Positions 7,583 to 16,900 of a DNA stretch of 32,000 nucleotides are shown piece after piece (the stretch's first letter is position 1; each line of letters starts with the position of its first letter). Both the position numbers and the translations under genes were made by a program. Origin of the DNA: Candidatus Iainarchaeum sp. (GTDB lineage: Archaea > Iainarchaeota > Iainarchaeia > Iainarchaeales > JACQJH01); the NCBI GenBank assembly GCA_016205145.1, contig JACQJH010000001.1, forward strand, positions 30,001-62,000, read 5' to 3'. A model generated the notes under the pieces. The model did not search any database. It saw nothing but the letters and a program-made list of their open reading frames with translations, and was not told the DNA's origin.

Positions 7583-8058
7583 AAAGAAGCGTAATTGTTT
7601 TTGCGGCGAAGTTTTTCGGCTTTTTCGCATTGCTTTATTTCCTGCTCCTGTCCTTTCCGCCGCTGTTCCTGCAGGAATGGCTTACGAAAGCGGTTTCCTC
7701 GATTCTCGGCCTTCAAAGCAACGGCATCCTGATTTTCGTGGAATCCGGATCGTTTGTCATGACCGAGAGCTGCACGGGCCTTGTTTCAGGCATAATCCTG
7801 GCGTCAGTGGTTTTTTCATTGCGCAGGCCGGAAATGAAAAAGAAGCTATTGCTTTTTTTTGCGGGGGCTTTGCTGCTGTTTGCGGTCAACTTTGCCAGGC
7901 TCCTGCTGGTTGTTTCGGCGGGAGTTTACTGGGGAATCGGGGCAGCCGAGATTTTGCACATGATTTCCTGGCTTGCGATGTCAATTGCCATAATCCTTGT
8001 CTGGTTTTTGCTGACAAAAAGGTTCGCGGGAATCAGGCGGTTCAACGAACTGCTGTGA
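7576..8058 (+). CDS. Small exosortase/archaeosortase-family membrane protein
   Basis: 160 aa and polytopic. Ordered Cys (ESCTGL), Arg (VNFARLL) and His (EILHMISW) lie in or near TM segments, as in the sortase core. Its ATG at 7576 overlaps the carS stop (ATGGTGA). Confidence 0.7.
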   Translation: MVKRSVIVFAAKFFGFFALLYFLLLSFPPLFLQEWLTKAVSSILGLQSNGILIFVESGSFVMTESCTGLVSGIILASVVFSLRRPEMKKKLLLFFAGALLLFAVNFARLLLVVSAGVYWGIGAAEILHMISWLAMSIAIILVWFLLTKRFAGIRRFNELL

Positions 8059-8089
8059 GAATGAGATTGGCCCGACCTGCAAATTCTGC

Positions 8090-8098
8090 TTTTTTTTT
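8090..8098 (+). terminator. Oligo-T tract (T9), candidate archaeal terminator after the archaeosortase-like gene
   Basis: Run of nine T about 30 nt after the stop at 8058, in a convergent intergenic region. Confidence 0.4.
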
Positions 8099-8101
8099 GG
8101 C

Positions 8102-9781
8102 TTACTTTTTTTCCTTGTCCGCGAGAAGGCTTTTCGCGATTTCCGCAAAGGCCGGCCTCGTTATTGTTATGCCGATGAGTACGCCGGCAATGGCGGTAAC
8201 AGCAAAGCCGACCAGCTTGCCCAAGCCGAAGCCAAGGAAAATTATCGGGGCCATCGTCGCTATGAGCGTCGAAGCCGAGGCGAAAATCATGAAGAACGCG
8301 CGCTTTATCCTGTTGAGGAAGGACGTTTCCGTTGCGCCGACTTCCCCGCGTATCAGCTCGTCGGCAATGATTATCTGCGAGTCGACGCCGGTTCCAACGG
8401 CTGCGAGAATGCCTGCAACCGCTGACAGGTCGAGGTTCCAGTTTATGAGAGAAGCAAATCCGAGTATGAGCACGACTTCGCTTGTGCCGGTCACAAGGAT
8501 CGGCAAGGCAAGCTTTATTTCGCGGTAGCGGATGAAAAGGACTGCGGCAACTGCCAGCAATCCCACTATGCCCATGAGCGCGACGTTCCACAGGAAGTCC
8601 TTGCCGAGCAATGGCGAGATTGTCTCTTTTGAAATTCCCTCGACGCCAACTGACAGTGAACCGGATTCCAGCAGAACCGTGAGTTCCTGCAGGCTTTGCT
8701 GCCCGTCCTTTGCATTGGTGTCAAAGCCCCTTATCAGCAGTTCCGACAGCGGCTGTATCTTGTCGACGGAATCCTTGTCCATGTTGGTTACGTCTTCGCT
8801 TAGCGAGATTATCTGCCTCATGCCTGTTGCGCGCCACAGCCAGGGCACGTTGTCCGATGCTTCGGGGGTTTCAACGGTTTTTATTTTGAAGCCCTCGGCC
8901 GAAAGCTGTTCAACCGTTTTCTGGGAAATGCTGTCGGGCACTATCGCAGTTGGATTGTCTTTTTTGAGTTCCCTGATTTTTTCAAGCTGTTCTTCGGTGA
9001 GCATTCCGTTTGCGTCGACAAAGTTGGGGAGCGCCGCGTTTTCCAGCACTTCCTCTATCTGGGTTTCGCCGGGAATGTTTTTGAGCTGGTTTCCGGCCAG
9101 GAAAATCTGCCTGTCCCTTTCATATGTTTTGGCCGGAAGCACGAGAACCGCGTTTTTCGGCCTGTCGATGTAGAAGTACGTGCGTTCGCAGTCGTACTGC
9201 TGCTGGTTTGCCTGCGGGTCGAAGCCTGTGAGCGTGCACTTGTGGAAAACTTTTTCCGCGAAATTTTTTGCGGCAAAGTCGTTGAGTATGAATGGCAGCA
9301 GCCACATCACTCCGCTGCCGCTGTCCGCGCTTCTTACGCCGTAGCCGGCGTTCGCGCTTTTCTGCACCTTTATTATGTCGCCGCCCGTGAAGACGGTTTC
9401 GCCTTTGAGCGTCACTTCGAATTTGCCCTGCTTTTGCAGCAATGACTGTATGCGTTCAACCTCTTCCGGGCTGGTTTCGGCTATCTGCGCTATGACGTAT
9501 TCGTTTCCCCAGCTTGTAACCTTCGTGTCCTTGAGGCCGAGGCTGTCGAGCCTTTGGAACAGCACGTTTGTTATCTTGCTCATTTCGTCGGGGCTGTCGA
9601 CCTTTTCCGACAATTGTATCTGGAAAAGCGTTCCGCCCGAAAAGTCTATGCCGAACTTGATGCCCTTTGTCGTGATCAGGCCTATGGACGCGACGATGAG
9701 GATTGCGAGGAGCCAGATTTTCCAGTTTGAAAGCAAGCCTTTGGCCAATTCAATCCCTGCCCTTTGCGCCTTTCGATTCAA
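8102..9781 (-). CDS. secD: Protein-export membrane protein SecD
   Basis: N-terminal TM, a large extracytoplasmic domain and a C-terminal 5-TM bundle with AAVGTGVDSQIIIADE. Overlaps the end of upstream secF by 32 nt. Confidence 0.85.
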   Translation of the reverse strand: MNRKAQRAGIELAKGLLSNWKIWLLAILIVASIGLITTKGIKFGIDFSGGTLFQIQLSEKVDSPDEMSKITNVLFQRLDSLGLKDTKVTSWGNEYVIAQIAETSPEEVERIQSLLQKQGKFEVTLKGETVFTGGDIIKVQKSANAGYGVRSADSGSGVMWLLPFILNDFAAKNFAEKVFHKCTLTGFDPQANQQQYDCERTYFYIDRPKNAVLVLPAKTYERDRQIFLAGNQLKNIPGETQIEEVLENAALPNFVDANGMLTEEQLEKIRELKKDNPTAIVPDSISQKTVEQLSAEGFKIKTVETPEASDNVPWLWRATGMRQIISLSEDVTNMDKDSVDKIQPLSELLIRGFDTNAKDGQQSLQELTVLLESGSLSVGVEGISKETISPLLGKDFLWNVALMGIVGLLAVAAVLFIRYREIKLALPILVTGTSEVVLILGFASLINWNLDLSAVAGILAAVGTGVDSQIIIADELIRGEVGATETSFLNRIKRAFFMIFASASTLIATMAPIIFLGFGLGKLVGFAVTAIAGVLIGITITRPAFAEIAKSLLADKEKK

Positions 9782-10823
9782 CGTACCACAGTATTATCGG
9801 CGCGTTCGCCAGCCAGGTCGCTATGAGGTCGCCTGCGAGGCCGAACAGCAGAACTGCGGCTATTTCGAATATGATTGTTATCTGGTTCGCGTAGGATAGC
9901 ACCATCATTGTCAACAGCATTGCCATTGCGCAGAACGTCATTGTCAGGCCGGTTTTCATCGCATCAACTGCCCTCTGCCCCGCGCTCTTGCCGCTCCTTT
10001 TCATGACTTTTGTGGTCAGGATTATGTCCGTGTCAACCGAATAACCCAATAGCATCAGCAAGGCCGGAATCGTTGAAAGCGACAGCGGAATGCTGAAGAA
10101 AGCCATCAATGCGAGCGCTGCAAGAACGTCGAATATGCCCGCCTGGATTATTGCGACGCTTGGAATGAATTCCCTGAAAAAAACGAAGATTACAACCGTT
10201 ATGAGGATAAGTGAGGTCAGGCTTACCGTCAGCGCGGTATTCCAGAAAGTTTTTCCAAGCGCCGGCCCCACTTCCCTTATCTGGAAGGCGGAGTCTTCGC
10301 CTATTCCGAATTCCTTTATTATCAGGGCCTGGATGCTTGAAAAGAATTTTTCCTTGGACGAGTTCAGGGCTTCCTCTGCCTGGGCGATAAGCTCTTCCGT
10401 TTCGCCCGCTTCTCCTGCTTTCTGGCTTGGCGCGGCAATGCTTATTGCCTTCAATGCGTGCTGTTTTGCGTTCGCATCATTGCCGGCTTTCCGTTCGGCT
10501 TTCGCCAAGTCGAGTTCCTGCTGTGCTTGCTTCAGAGTCTTGTTTTCTGCGAACTGTATGTTGACACCGTAGCCGTTGACTGCGGTCGTGGTTGAAACGC
10601 TCAAATCGCTGAGCTCAAAATTCCTGCTCAGCAGTTGGGTGAGCTTTTCCTGGTCGATGGGCTTGTCGGTCTTGAAAATTATCATCGTTCCGCCGGTCAG
10701 CTCTATGCCCTGCTTTATCCCGGGCACCGCAAAAACCATCAGCAGGAAAACAACCGCGAGTATGGCCGGCACTGCCAGGTATCTCTTGTAGTTTCCGTCA
10801 TAAAAGGTTTCAAGGAATTTCAT
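9750..10823 (-). CDS. secF: Protein-export membrane protein SecF (with an enlarged extracytoplasmic loop)
   Basis: N-terminal TM, GIELTGGT motif and a C-terminal TM bundle with LLGYSVDTDIILTTKV. It lies upstream of secD, as in archaeal secFD operons. Confidence 0.85.
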   Translation of the reverse strand: MKFLETFYDGNYKRYLAVPAILAVVFLLMVFAVPGIKQGIELTGGTMIIFKTDKPIDQEKLTQLLSRNFELSDLSVSTTTAVNGYGVNIQFAENKTLKQAQQELDLAKAERKAGNDANAKQHALKAISIAAPSQKAGEAGETEELIAQAEEALNSSKEKFFSSIQALIIKEFGIGEDSAFQIREVGPALGKTFWNTALTVSLTSLILITVVIFVFFREFIPSVAIIQAGIFDVLAALALMAFFSIPLSLSTIPALLMLLGYSVDTDIILTTKVMKRSGKSAGQRAVDAMKTGLTMTFCAMAMLLTMMVLSYANQITIIFEIAAVLLFGLAGDLIATWLANAPIILWYVESKGAKGRD

Positions 10824-10936
10824 GCTTTCACTCTAATCGGTCGTCGGCCAAAAGCAATAGTACTGATTAAAAACAAGAAAACAATTAAAAATAGCTATTC
10901 CCTGCATTCGCCGGGCGTTTTTTTTGGTGTTCCCTG

Positions 10937-11965
10937 ATGGCTTTTAAAATCGGTTTTCTGGCAACGCCACAGCAGCTGCTTGATGTCGCGTTCCGCAGGG
11001 CGTCCAAGCACGTTTCGGCAATGAAAAAGGAAAGGCATTCGCTTGCCGACGCCAAGGGAAGGTCGATCCAGAAACTGGATGTCGCGGCCGACTATCTTGT
11101 GGATGCATTGGAAAAGGCTGTTGAAAGCTTTCCGAAGCTGTATGGACTGGACCCTTTCAGCAGCGAGCTTGCGCAGTCAACAATCGACGTGGACAGGACA
11201 AGGAAGGCGCTCGGCCAGATCACCGCAGTCAGGAATCTGGCTGACAGGATGCGCAAGCAGTCAATATCGAATATCAAGAAAATCAAGTTTTCCGCTTCCG
11301 CGCAAAAATCCGTTGGGCGCGCGGAAACCGAGTTTTTCGGCAGGGTTTCATCGCTTGTGAAGGACCTGGAAAAAAGCATCCTTACATTCAACGATTCCGC
11401 GAAAAAATTGAAGGAATTCCCCGAAATAGACGTTTCACTGCCGGTTGTCCTGCTTGCAGGCTTTCCGAATGTGGGGAAGAGCACCCTGCTTGCCGCGCTC
11501 ACCGACTCCAAGCCCAAGATTGCATCGTACCCTTTCACGACCAAGGGCATTCTTGTGGGCTCGTTCGAACAGCGCTGGCAGAAAGTCGTGGTGGTCGACA
11601 CGCCCGGCCTGCTTGAAAGGCCGGAAGAGAAAAGGAATCCGGTTGAAAAGAAGGCGGTTTCAGCCTTGAAGCATCTGCCGGACCTGGTCGTTTTTGTCGC
11701 CGACCCAACGGAACAGTGCGGCTGTCCGATCGGGGTGCAGAGGCAGCTTTTTTCGGAACTCGCGGCTTTCGGAAAGAAAAAGCTTGTCGCAATTTCCAAG
11801 TCGGACATCGCCGAAACAGGGCAGGTTGAAGCCGCGAAAAACGCTTTCGCCGATTCGGGCGCGCAAACGATTGTCTGCGGATTTGAAAATTATTCTGATT
11901 TGAAGAAGGCGGTTGTGGAAACGCTTGCGGGCGTGAAGGGATTCAAGCCAAGGGCCGCCAGCTAA
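10937..11965 (+). CDS. NOG1-family GTPase
   Basis: NOG1-type N-terminal helical domain (LLDVAFRRASK..., FPKLYGLDPF). G1 is AGFPNVGKST. Also YPFTTK, DTPGLLERP..KRNPVEKKA and a FVADPTEQCG motif. Confidence 0.8.
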   Translation: MAFKIGFLATPQQLLDVAFRRASKHVSAMKKERHSLADAKGRSIQKLDVAADYLVDALEKAVESFPKLYGLDPFSSELAQSTIDVDRTRKALGQITAVRNLADRMRKQSISNIKKIKFSASAQKSVGRAETEFFGRVSSLVKDLEKSILTFNDSAKKLKEFPEIDVSLPVVLLAGFPNVGKSTLLAALTDSKPKIASYPFTTKGILVGSFEQRWQKVVVVDTPGLLERPEEKRNPVEKKAVSALKHLPDLVVFVADPTEQCGCPIGVQRQLFSELAAFGKKKLVAISKSDIAETGQVEAAKNAFADSGAQTIVCGFENYSDLKKAVVETLAGVKGFKPRAAS

Positions 11966-12114
11966 CGTAAAATCTTTTTCCGGCGTTCTGCCCCTGCCTT
12001 TAAAATGGGTATCGTTTATTATTCGATATTGCACCGTTTTGAGCCGAGGGGATTGAATTTATTTGTCCGCTTGGCCTGTTAGTTGTCGCATTGGCTGCAA
12101 ATGAGTGATGTTGG

Positions 12115-12402
12115 ATGGCTGTCAAGAAGTCCCTTTCCCCCGAACTGAAAAAGGAAGTCGAGGACTGCCTTGGCCTGATGGAGGAAATCCTTTCTGACCG
12201 GAGCGTGCCCCGCAACATCAGGGCCGTGATCGAGGACGCCAAGGCAAAGGCTTCGGCCTTCGAGGACGGCGGCGTGAATTTTTCCGGCGCCATCTATCTC
12301 CTGGACGACATCAGCAATGACATCAACATGCCTTCCCATACCCGCACGGAAATCTGGACCCTCATTTCCCTGCTTGAAGCGGTGAAAGAGAAGGTCAAGT
12401 GA
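12115..12402 (+). CDS. UPF0147-family small helical protein (function unknown)
   Basis: 95 aa. SVPRNIRAVIEDAK ... AIYLLDDISNDINMPSHTRTEIW matches my recollection of the UPF0147 signature (VPRNIRR...LDEIS.DPNMP.H.RT.IW). Confidence 0.7.
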   Translation: MAVKKSLSPELKKEVEDCLGLMEEILSDRSVPRNIRAVIEDAKAKASAFEDGGVNFSGAIYLLDDISNDINMPSHTRTEIWTLISLLEAVKEKVK

Positions 12403-13925
12403 GCTTTTTGGAACTGCTTGCAAAGGAAGACTTCGAAAAAAAGATTCTCGCGTTTGCCGGCGGGAAGCAATTGCTTTTGTCACCGCAGGCCCTGGAAATT
12501 TTGGCGGAGCGCCAGGATTTCCAGAAAATCCTCGAAGAGCTTGCCGCTGAAAACGTTTTTATGGTGCGCGAGGAAGACGTGAAGCGCAAGACGGTCAAGA
12601 CGAAAATCAGCCTTGTCGACGAGCAGACAGTTTCAGTGCAGTTCTCGAAGTTCAAGCCTGTGGCAAAGGACATTCAGCCGAATTTCAGGGTTTTCGAGGA
12701 AACGGATGTTACGAACAAGAGCTGTTCCGAGGGAAAGGTGTCCGATTTCCTGAACCTTTTCAGGAGCAAATTTGAAATCCTGGGCAATGTTTTGAAGGCG
12801 AGGCCCGGCTTTCTGCCGAAGCCGTTGAACCGGCTGCGTTCCGTTGCAAACCGCGGCGAAGCGCATTTCGTTGCAATGGTTTTCCGGAAGTGGGTTACAA
12901 AGAACGGCCATCTCGCGTTTGAGGTTGAAGACCTTGAATCGAAGTGCATTGTCCTGATTCTAAAAAATGATGTTCCGCTCACAAAGTTCGGCGAGACAAT
13001 CCTGCCTGACAACGTCATCGGAGTCAAGGCTTCGAAGCTTTCGGATGAAATGGTGATTGCCAAGGAGATTTTCTGGCCCGACGTTCCGATGCGGCCGGAG
13101 AAACGCGCTTCCAGGAATGTTTCGCTTGCAGCAATTTCGGATTTGCATTGCGGGAGCAAGCTTTTCCTGGACAAGCCTTTCAGCAAGTTCCTGTTGTGGA
13201 TCAACGGCAACATCGGCTCCGAAAAGGATCTGGAAGAGTTGGGCAGGATAAAGTACATTGTCGTTACGGGGGACAATGTTGACGGAATCGGGGTTTACCC
13301 CGACCAGATCAATGAGCTTGCCATAAAGGACATCTGGCAGCAGTACGATGATTTTTGCTCGAAGATTCTTGAGATTCCCGAATACATAGAGGTTTTCATC
13401 ATTCCAGGCAACCATGATGCTGTGCGGAACGCGGACCCGATGCCTGCATTGCAGCACAAGCTTGTCAAGAGCATTGCCGGCCTGAAAAATATCCACCTGC
13501 TGGGTTCGCCGAGCATGATTGAAATCGAAGGGCTGAAAACACTGCTCTACCATGGCGGCTCGGTGCACGATTTGTACAGCAGCGTCAGCAATCTCAGCTA
13601 TTCCAAGCCCGAGCAGGCGCTTGTCGAGCTTTTGAAGCGCCGCGATTTGATGCCGACTTACGGCTTGAAGCACCCTTACGTTCCGGAAAAGCACGATTTC
13701 ATGACATTGCGCGAGGTTCCGGACCTGTTCTTTGCCGGCGACCTGCACCACAACGGCTATGATTCGTATCACGGCACGACCGTCCTGAACAGCGGCACTT
13801 TCCAGGGCCGAACGGCCTTCCAGGTCAAACAGGGCCATGTTCCCACGCCGGGCATAGTTCCGGTCATTGACCTGTCGACAAGGAAGATTTCGGAAAAGCG
13901 TTTTGCGGCAGAGGAAACAGGCTGA
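12399..13925 (+). CDS. dp1: DNA polymerase D small subunit (DP1, exonuclease)
   Basis: GTG start overlaps the UPF0147 stop (GTGA). Calcineurin-like phosphoesterase motifs: ISDLHCGS, VTGDNVDG, IPGNHD, LLYHG, AGDLHHNG. OB-fold region upstream. Confidence 0.9.
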   Translation: MSFLELLAKEDFEKKILAFAGGKQLLLSPQALEILAERQDFQKILEELAAENVFMVREEDVKRKTVKTKISLVDEQTVSVQFSKFKPVAKDIQPNFRVFEETDVTNKSCSEGKVSDFLNLFRSKFEILGNVLKARPGFLPKPLNRLRSVANRGEAHFVAMVFRKWVTKNGHLAFEVEDLESKCIVLILKNDVPLTKFGETILPDNVIGVKASKLSDEMVIAKEIFWPDVPMRPEKRASRNVSLAAISDLHCGSKLFLDKPFSKFLLWINGNIGSEKDLEELGRIKYIVVTGDNVDGIGVYPDQINELAIKDIWQQYDDFCSKILEIPEYIEVFIIPGNHDAVRNADPMPALQHKLVKSIAGLKNIHLLGSPSMIEIEGLKTLLYHGGSVHDLYSSVSNLSYSKPEQALVELLKRRDLMPTYGLKHPYVPEKHDFMTLREVPDLFFAGDLHHNGYDSYHGTTVLNSGTFQGRTAFQVKQGHVPTPGIVPVIDLSTRKISEKRFAAEETG

Positions 13926-13944
13926 ATTTTTTTGGTGTTTTTTT

Positions 13945-16900
13945 ATGGCTGAAGATTTTGTGGCTGAAGGGAAAAAGGCGGCCGAAATTCTGGCTTTTGA
14001 CCACGTCAAAAAGTATTATTCGGAAATGAATTCAAGGGTTTTTTCGCAGATTGGCATTGCGAAAAAGGCGAAGGCGAAAGGCCTTGACATTTCATTGGAC
14101 ATTGAAACAACTCCGACGCAGGACCTTGCCGACAGGACCGAAAGCATTATCGGGCCGAAGGGCGTTGCCGAAAAATACCGCGAGGCCTATGCAAAAAACG
14201 GCAACGACAGGGAGAAGGCGACATTCCAGATTTTCCGCGAAATAATCGGCCAGGAATGGTGCGAGATCCCGGACACGTCACAGCGGGTTGAGCAGGCAAT
14301 CAGGACAGCGCTTGTCCTCATGACTGAAGGCGTTGTGATTGCCCCGCTTGACGGCGTGCCGAAAGTCCTTGTTTCGCAGAACCTTGACGGCTCGAAGTTT
14401 GTCGACATTTATTATGCGGGTCCCATCCGCGCCGCCGGAGGAACTGCAACTGTCCTGCCGCTCATTCTGGGCGATTATGCGCGCGCCCTTCTCGGCCTTG
14501 ACCGTTACAAGCCCACGGACGACGAGGTTGAAAGGTATGTCGAGGAGTGCCAGGTTTACGAGGAAATTTTCAGCAGGCAGTACAGGCTTTCGGATGATGA
14601 AGTGAGAAAGATCGTGCGCGGCTGCCCTGTCTGCATCAACGGCGAGCCGACGGAGGAAAGGGAGGTTTCAGTGAACAGGAACCTGCAGCGTGTGGAGTCG
14701 AACCGCGTCAGGGGCGGCGCCTGCCTTGTCATAAGCGAGGGCATTGCATTGAAGGCGAGGAAAATCCTGAATTATGCGCGCAAGCTCAAGCTTGACTGGG
14801 AGTGGCTTGAAGGCATAATAAAAGTCGAGAAAGCCGATTCGAGAAAATCGGAATTGAAGGCCGAGGCAAAATACTTGGACAGGCTTGCCGCGGGCAGGCC
14901 GATTTTTTCCTATCCGATGCGCGTCGGCGGCTTCAGGCTCAGGTATGGGCGGAGCAGGAACATGGGCACAATGGGGAAAGGCATTCATCCCGCAACCATG
15001 CACCTGCTTGACGATTTCATTGCAGTCGCAACACAGCTGAAGGTTGAAAGGCCGGGGAAGGCTGCGGGCATTTGCCCAGTTGACAGCATCGAGGGGCCGA
15101 TCGTCAAACTGTTCAACGGCAATGTGGAGAAGCTTTCGACTGCGTCGGATGCGTTTCGGGCGAGGCTGCAGACGGAAAAAGTCTTGTTTTTGGGGGACAT
15201 GCTTGTTTCCTTCGGCGATTTCAAGTATTCCGCGCATCCCCTGGTGCCGCCCGGCTATTGCGAGGAATGGTGGGACCTTGAATTTCAAAAAAGCCTCAAG
15301 GAAAAAGGCATTGATGGGGAAAAGCGGAAAGGCCTTCTTGGCCGCGCGCAAAACCCGGTGATTTCCGCCGACGATGCCCTGCTTTTTTCGCGCGATTTCA
15401 ATGTTCCCCTGCACCCGAAGTTTTTGCACTATTATTGCGCGCTGTCAAAGGAAGAGGCTAGGGTGCTCGTCGAGTTGTCGCACAAAAATCTCCTGAATGG
15501 CAGTGACGGGTTTTCATTCGCAAACGACCCGGAACTCAAGGCGCTGTTTGAAAGGATCGGCCTGCCGCATTCAGTGAATTCCGGTTCACTGCAGCTCGAC
15601 AGCGATTTGGGCAAGGCTTTCCATGCAACGCTCGGCCTGGAAAATTTTTCAGGAGAACAAGCCGGGAATGCCTTTTCTTCCTCTGAAAGCGTTTTCCAGT
15701 TCCTGTCCAATCTTTCCGGCCTCCAGATAAGGGACAAGGGCGGCACTTTCATCGGCTCGCGCATGGGCAGGCCGGAGGCGTCTTCGCCGCGCAAAATGGA
15801 AGGAAATCCCCACGTCCTTTTTCCCATAGGCCTGCACGGCGGCGCGACAAGGTCGATCAACAAGGCAGCCGAGTCAGCTTCCGGCAATTATTCGCAGGGC
15901 AGCATTGAACTGGAGGTATGCCTTTTCAAATGCGAAAACTGCAACGAATATTCCTGTTTCCCTTACTGTGTGAAATGTTCCGGCAGGACGAAAAAGTTTT
16001 TCGTGTGCAGGAAGGATGGAAAGGAATGCCACTCAAACAAATGCCCGCGCTGTGCAGGGGAAGCAATGCCGTTCAATTCAAGGAAAGTCGATGTCGCGGC
16101 TTTGCTGCTCAAGGCCTCGCAGCATTTGGGCATGAAAGTGCCCGATCCGGTGAAAGGCGTGAAAGGCATGATCAACGAGGAAAAAGTCTGCGAGCCGCTT
16201 GAAAAAGGCGTTCTGAGGTCAAAGCACGGCCTGCACATTTTCCGCGACGGCACTGTGCGGTATGAACTCATCAACGCGCCGCTCACTCATTTCAAGCCCA
16301 AGGAAATCGGCCTGACAGTTGAAAAGGCAAAGGAACTCGGATACGAAAAAGACATTGAAGGCAAAGAGCTTGTCGACGCAGGCCAGATAGTAGAACTGTT
16401 CCCGCAGGACATTGTCATTCACGCGGAAGCCGGGGACTTTTTCCTCAAAGTTTCAAGGTTTGCCGACGACCTGCTGGAGCATTTTTACGGCCAGGAACGC
16501 AGGTTCAATTATTCGAAAAAAGAGGACCTTGTCGGGGAATTCCTGCTCGGCCTGGCGCCGCACACTTCCGCGGCAATCGTGGCAAGGCTCATAGGCTATT
16601 CGAAGGCAAAGGCTTGCTTCGCCCACCCGTACTTCCACCAGTGCAAGCGCAGGAACATCGACGGCGACCAGGATTCACTGATGCTTTTGATGGACGGCCT
16701 GCTGAACTTTTCGCAAAGCTATCTTCCCTCGCACCGTGGCGGCAGGATGGACGCGCCATTGGTTTTCACAATCGCTTTGAGGCCGACTGAAATAGACGAG
16801 GAAGTGCATTCAATGGAGACATGCGCAAAATATCCCTTGCAGTTGTATGAGCGGGCATTGAAGGGCTTTCCGCCGGAAGTCGACGGACTTGAAACAGTCA

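Noticed and set aside
7677-8591. ORFs 7677-8528 (+) and 7926-8591 (-) overlapping the archaeosortase-like gene and secD
   Set aside because: They are out-of-frame or antisense to genes with clear family signatures. Their Arg/Cys/His-rich composition is typical of non-coding frames.
11092-15429. Long antisense ORFs within nog1, dp1 and dp2 (for example 11092-11808, 12960-14009, 14668-15429)
   Set aside because: Each lies opposite a CDS with strong conserved motifs. No independent start signals or recognisable domains are present.
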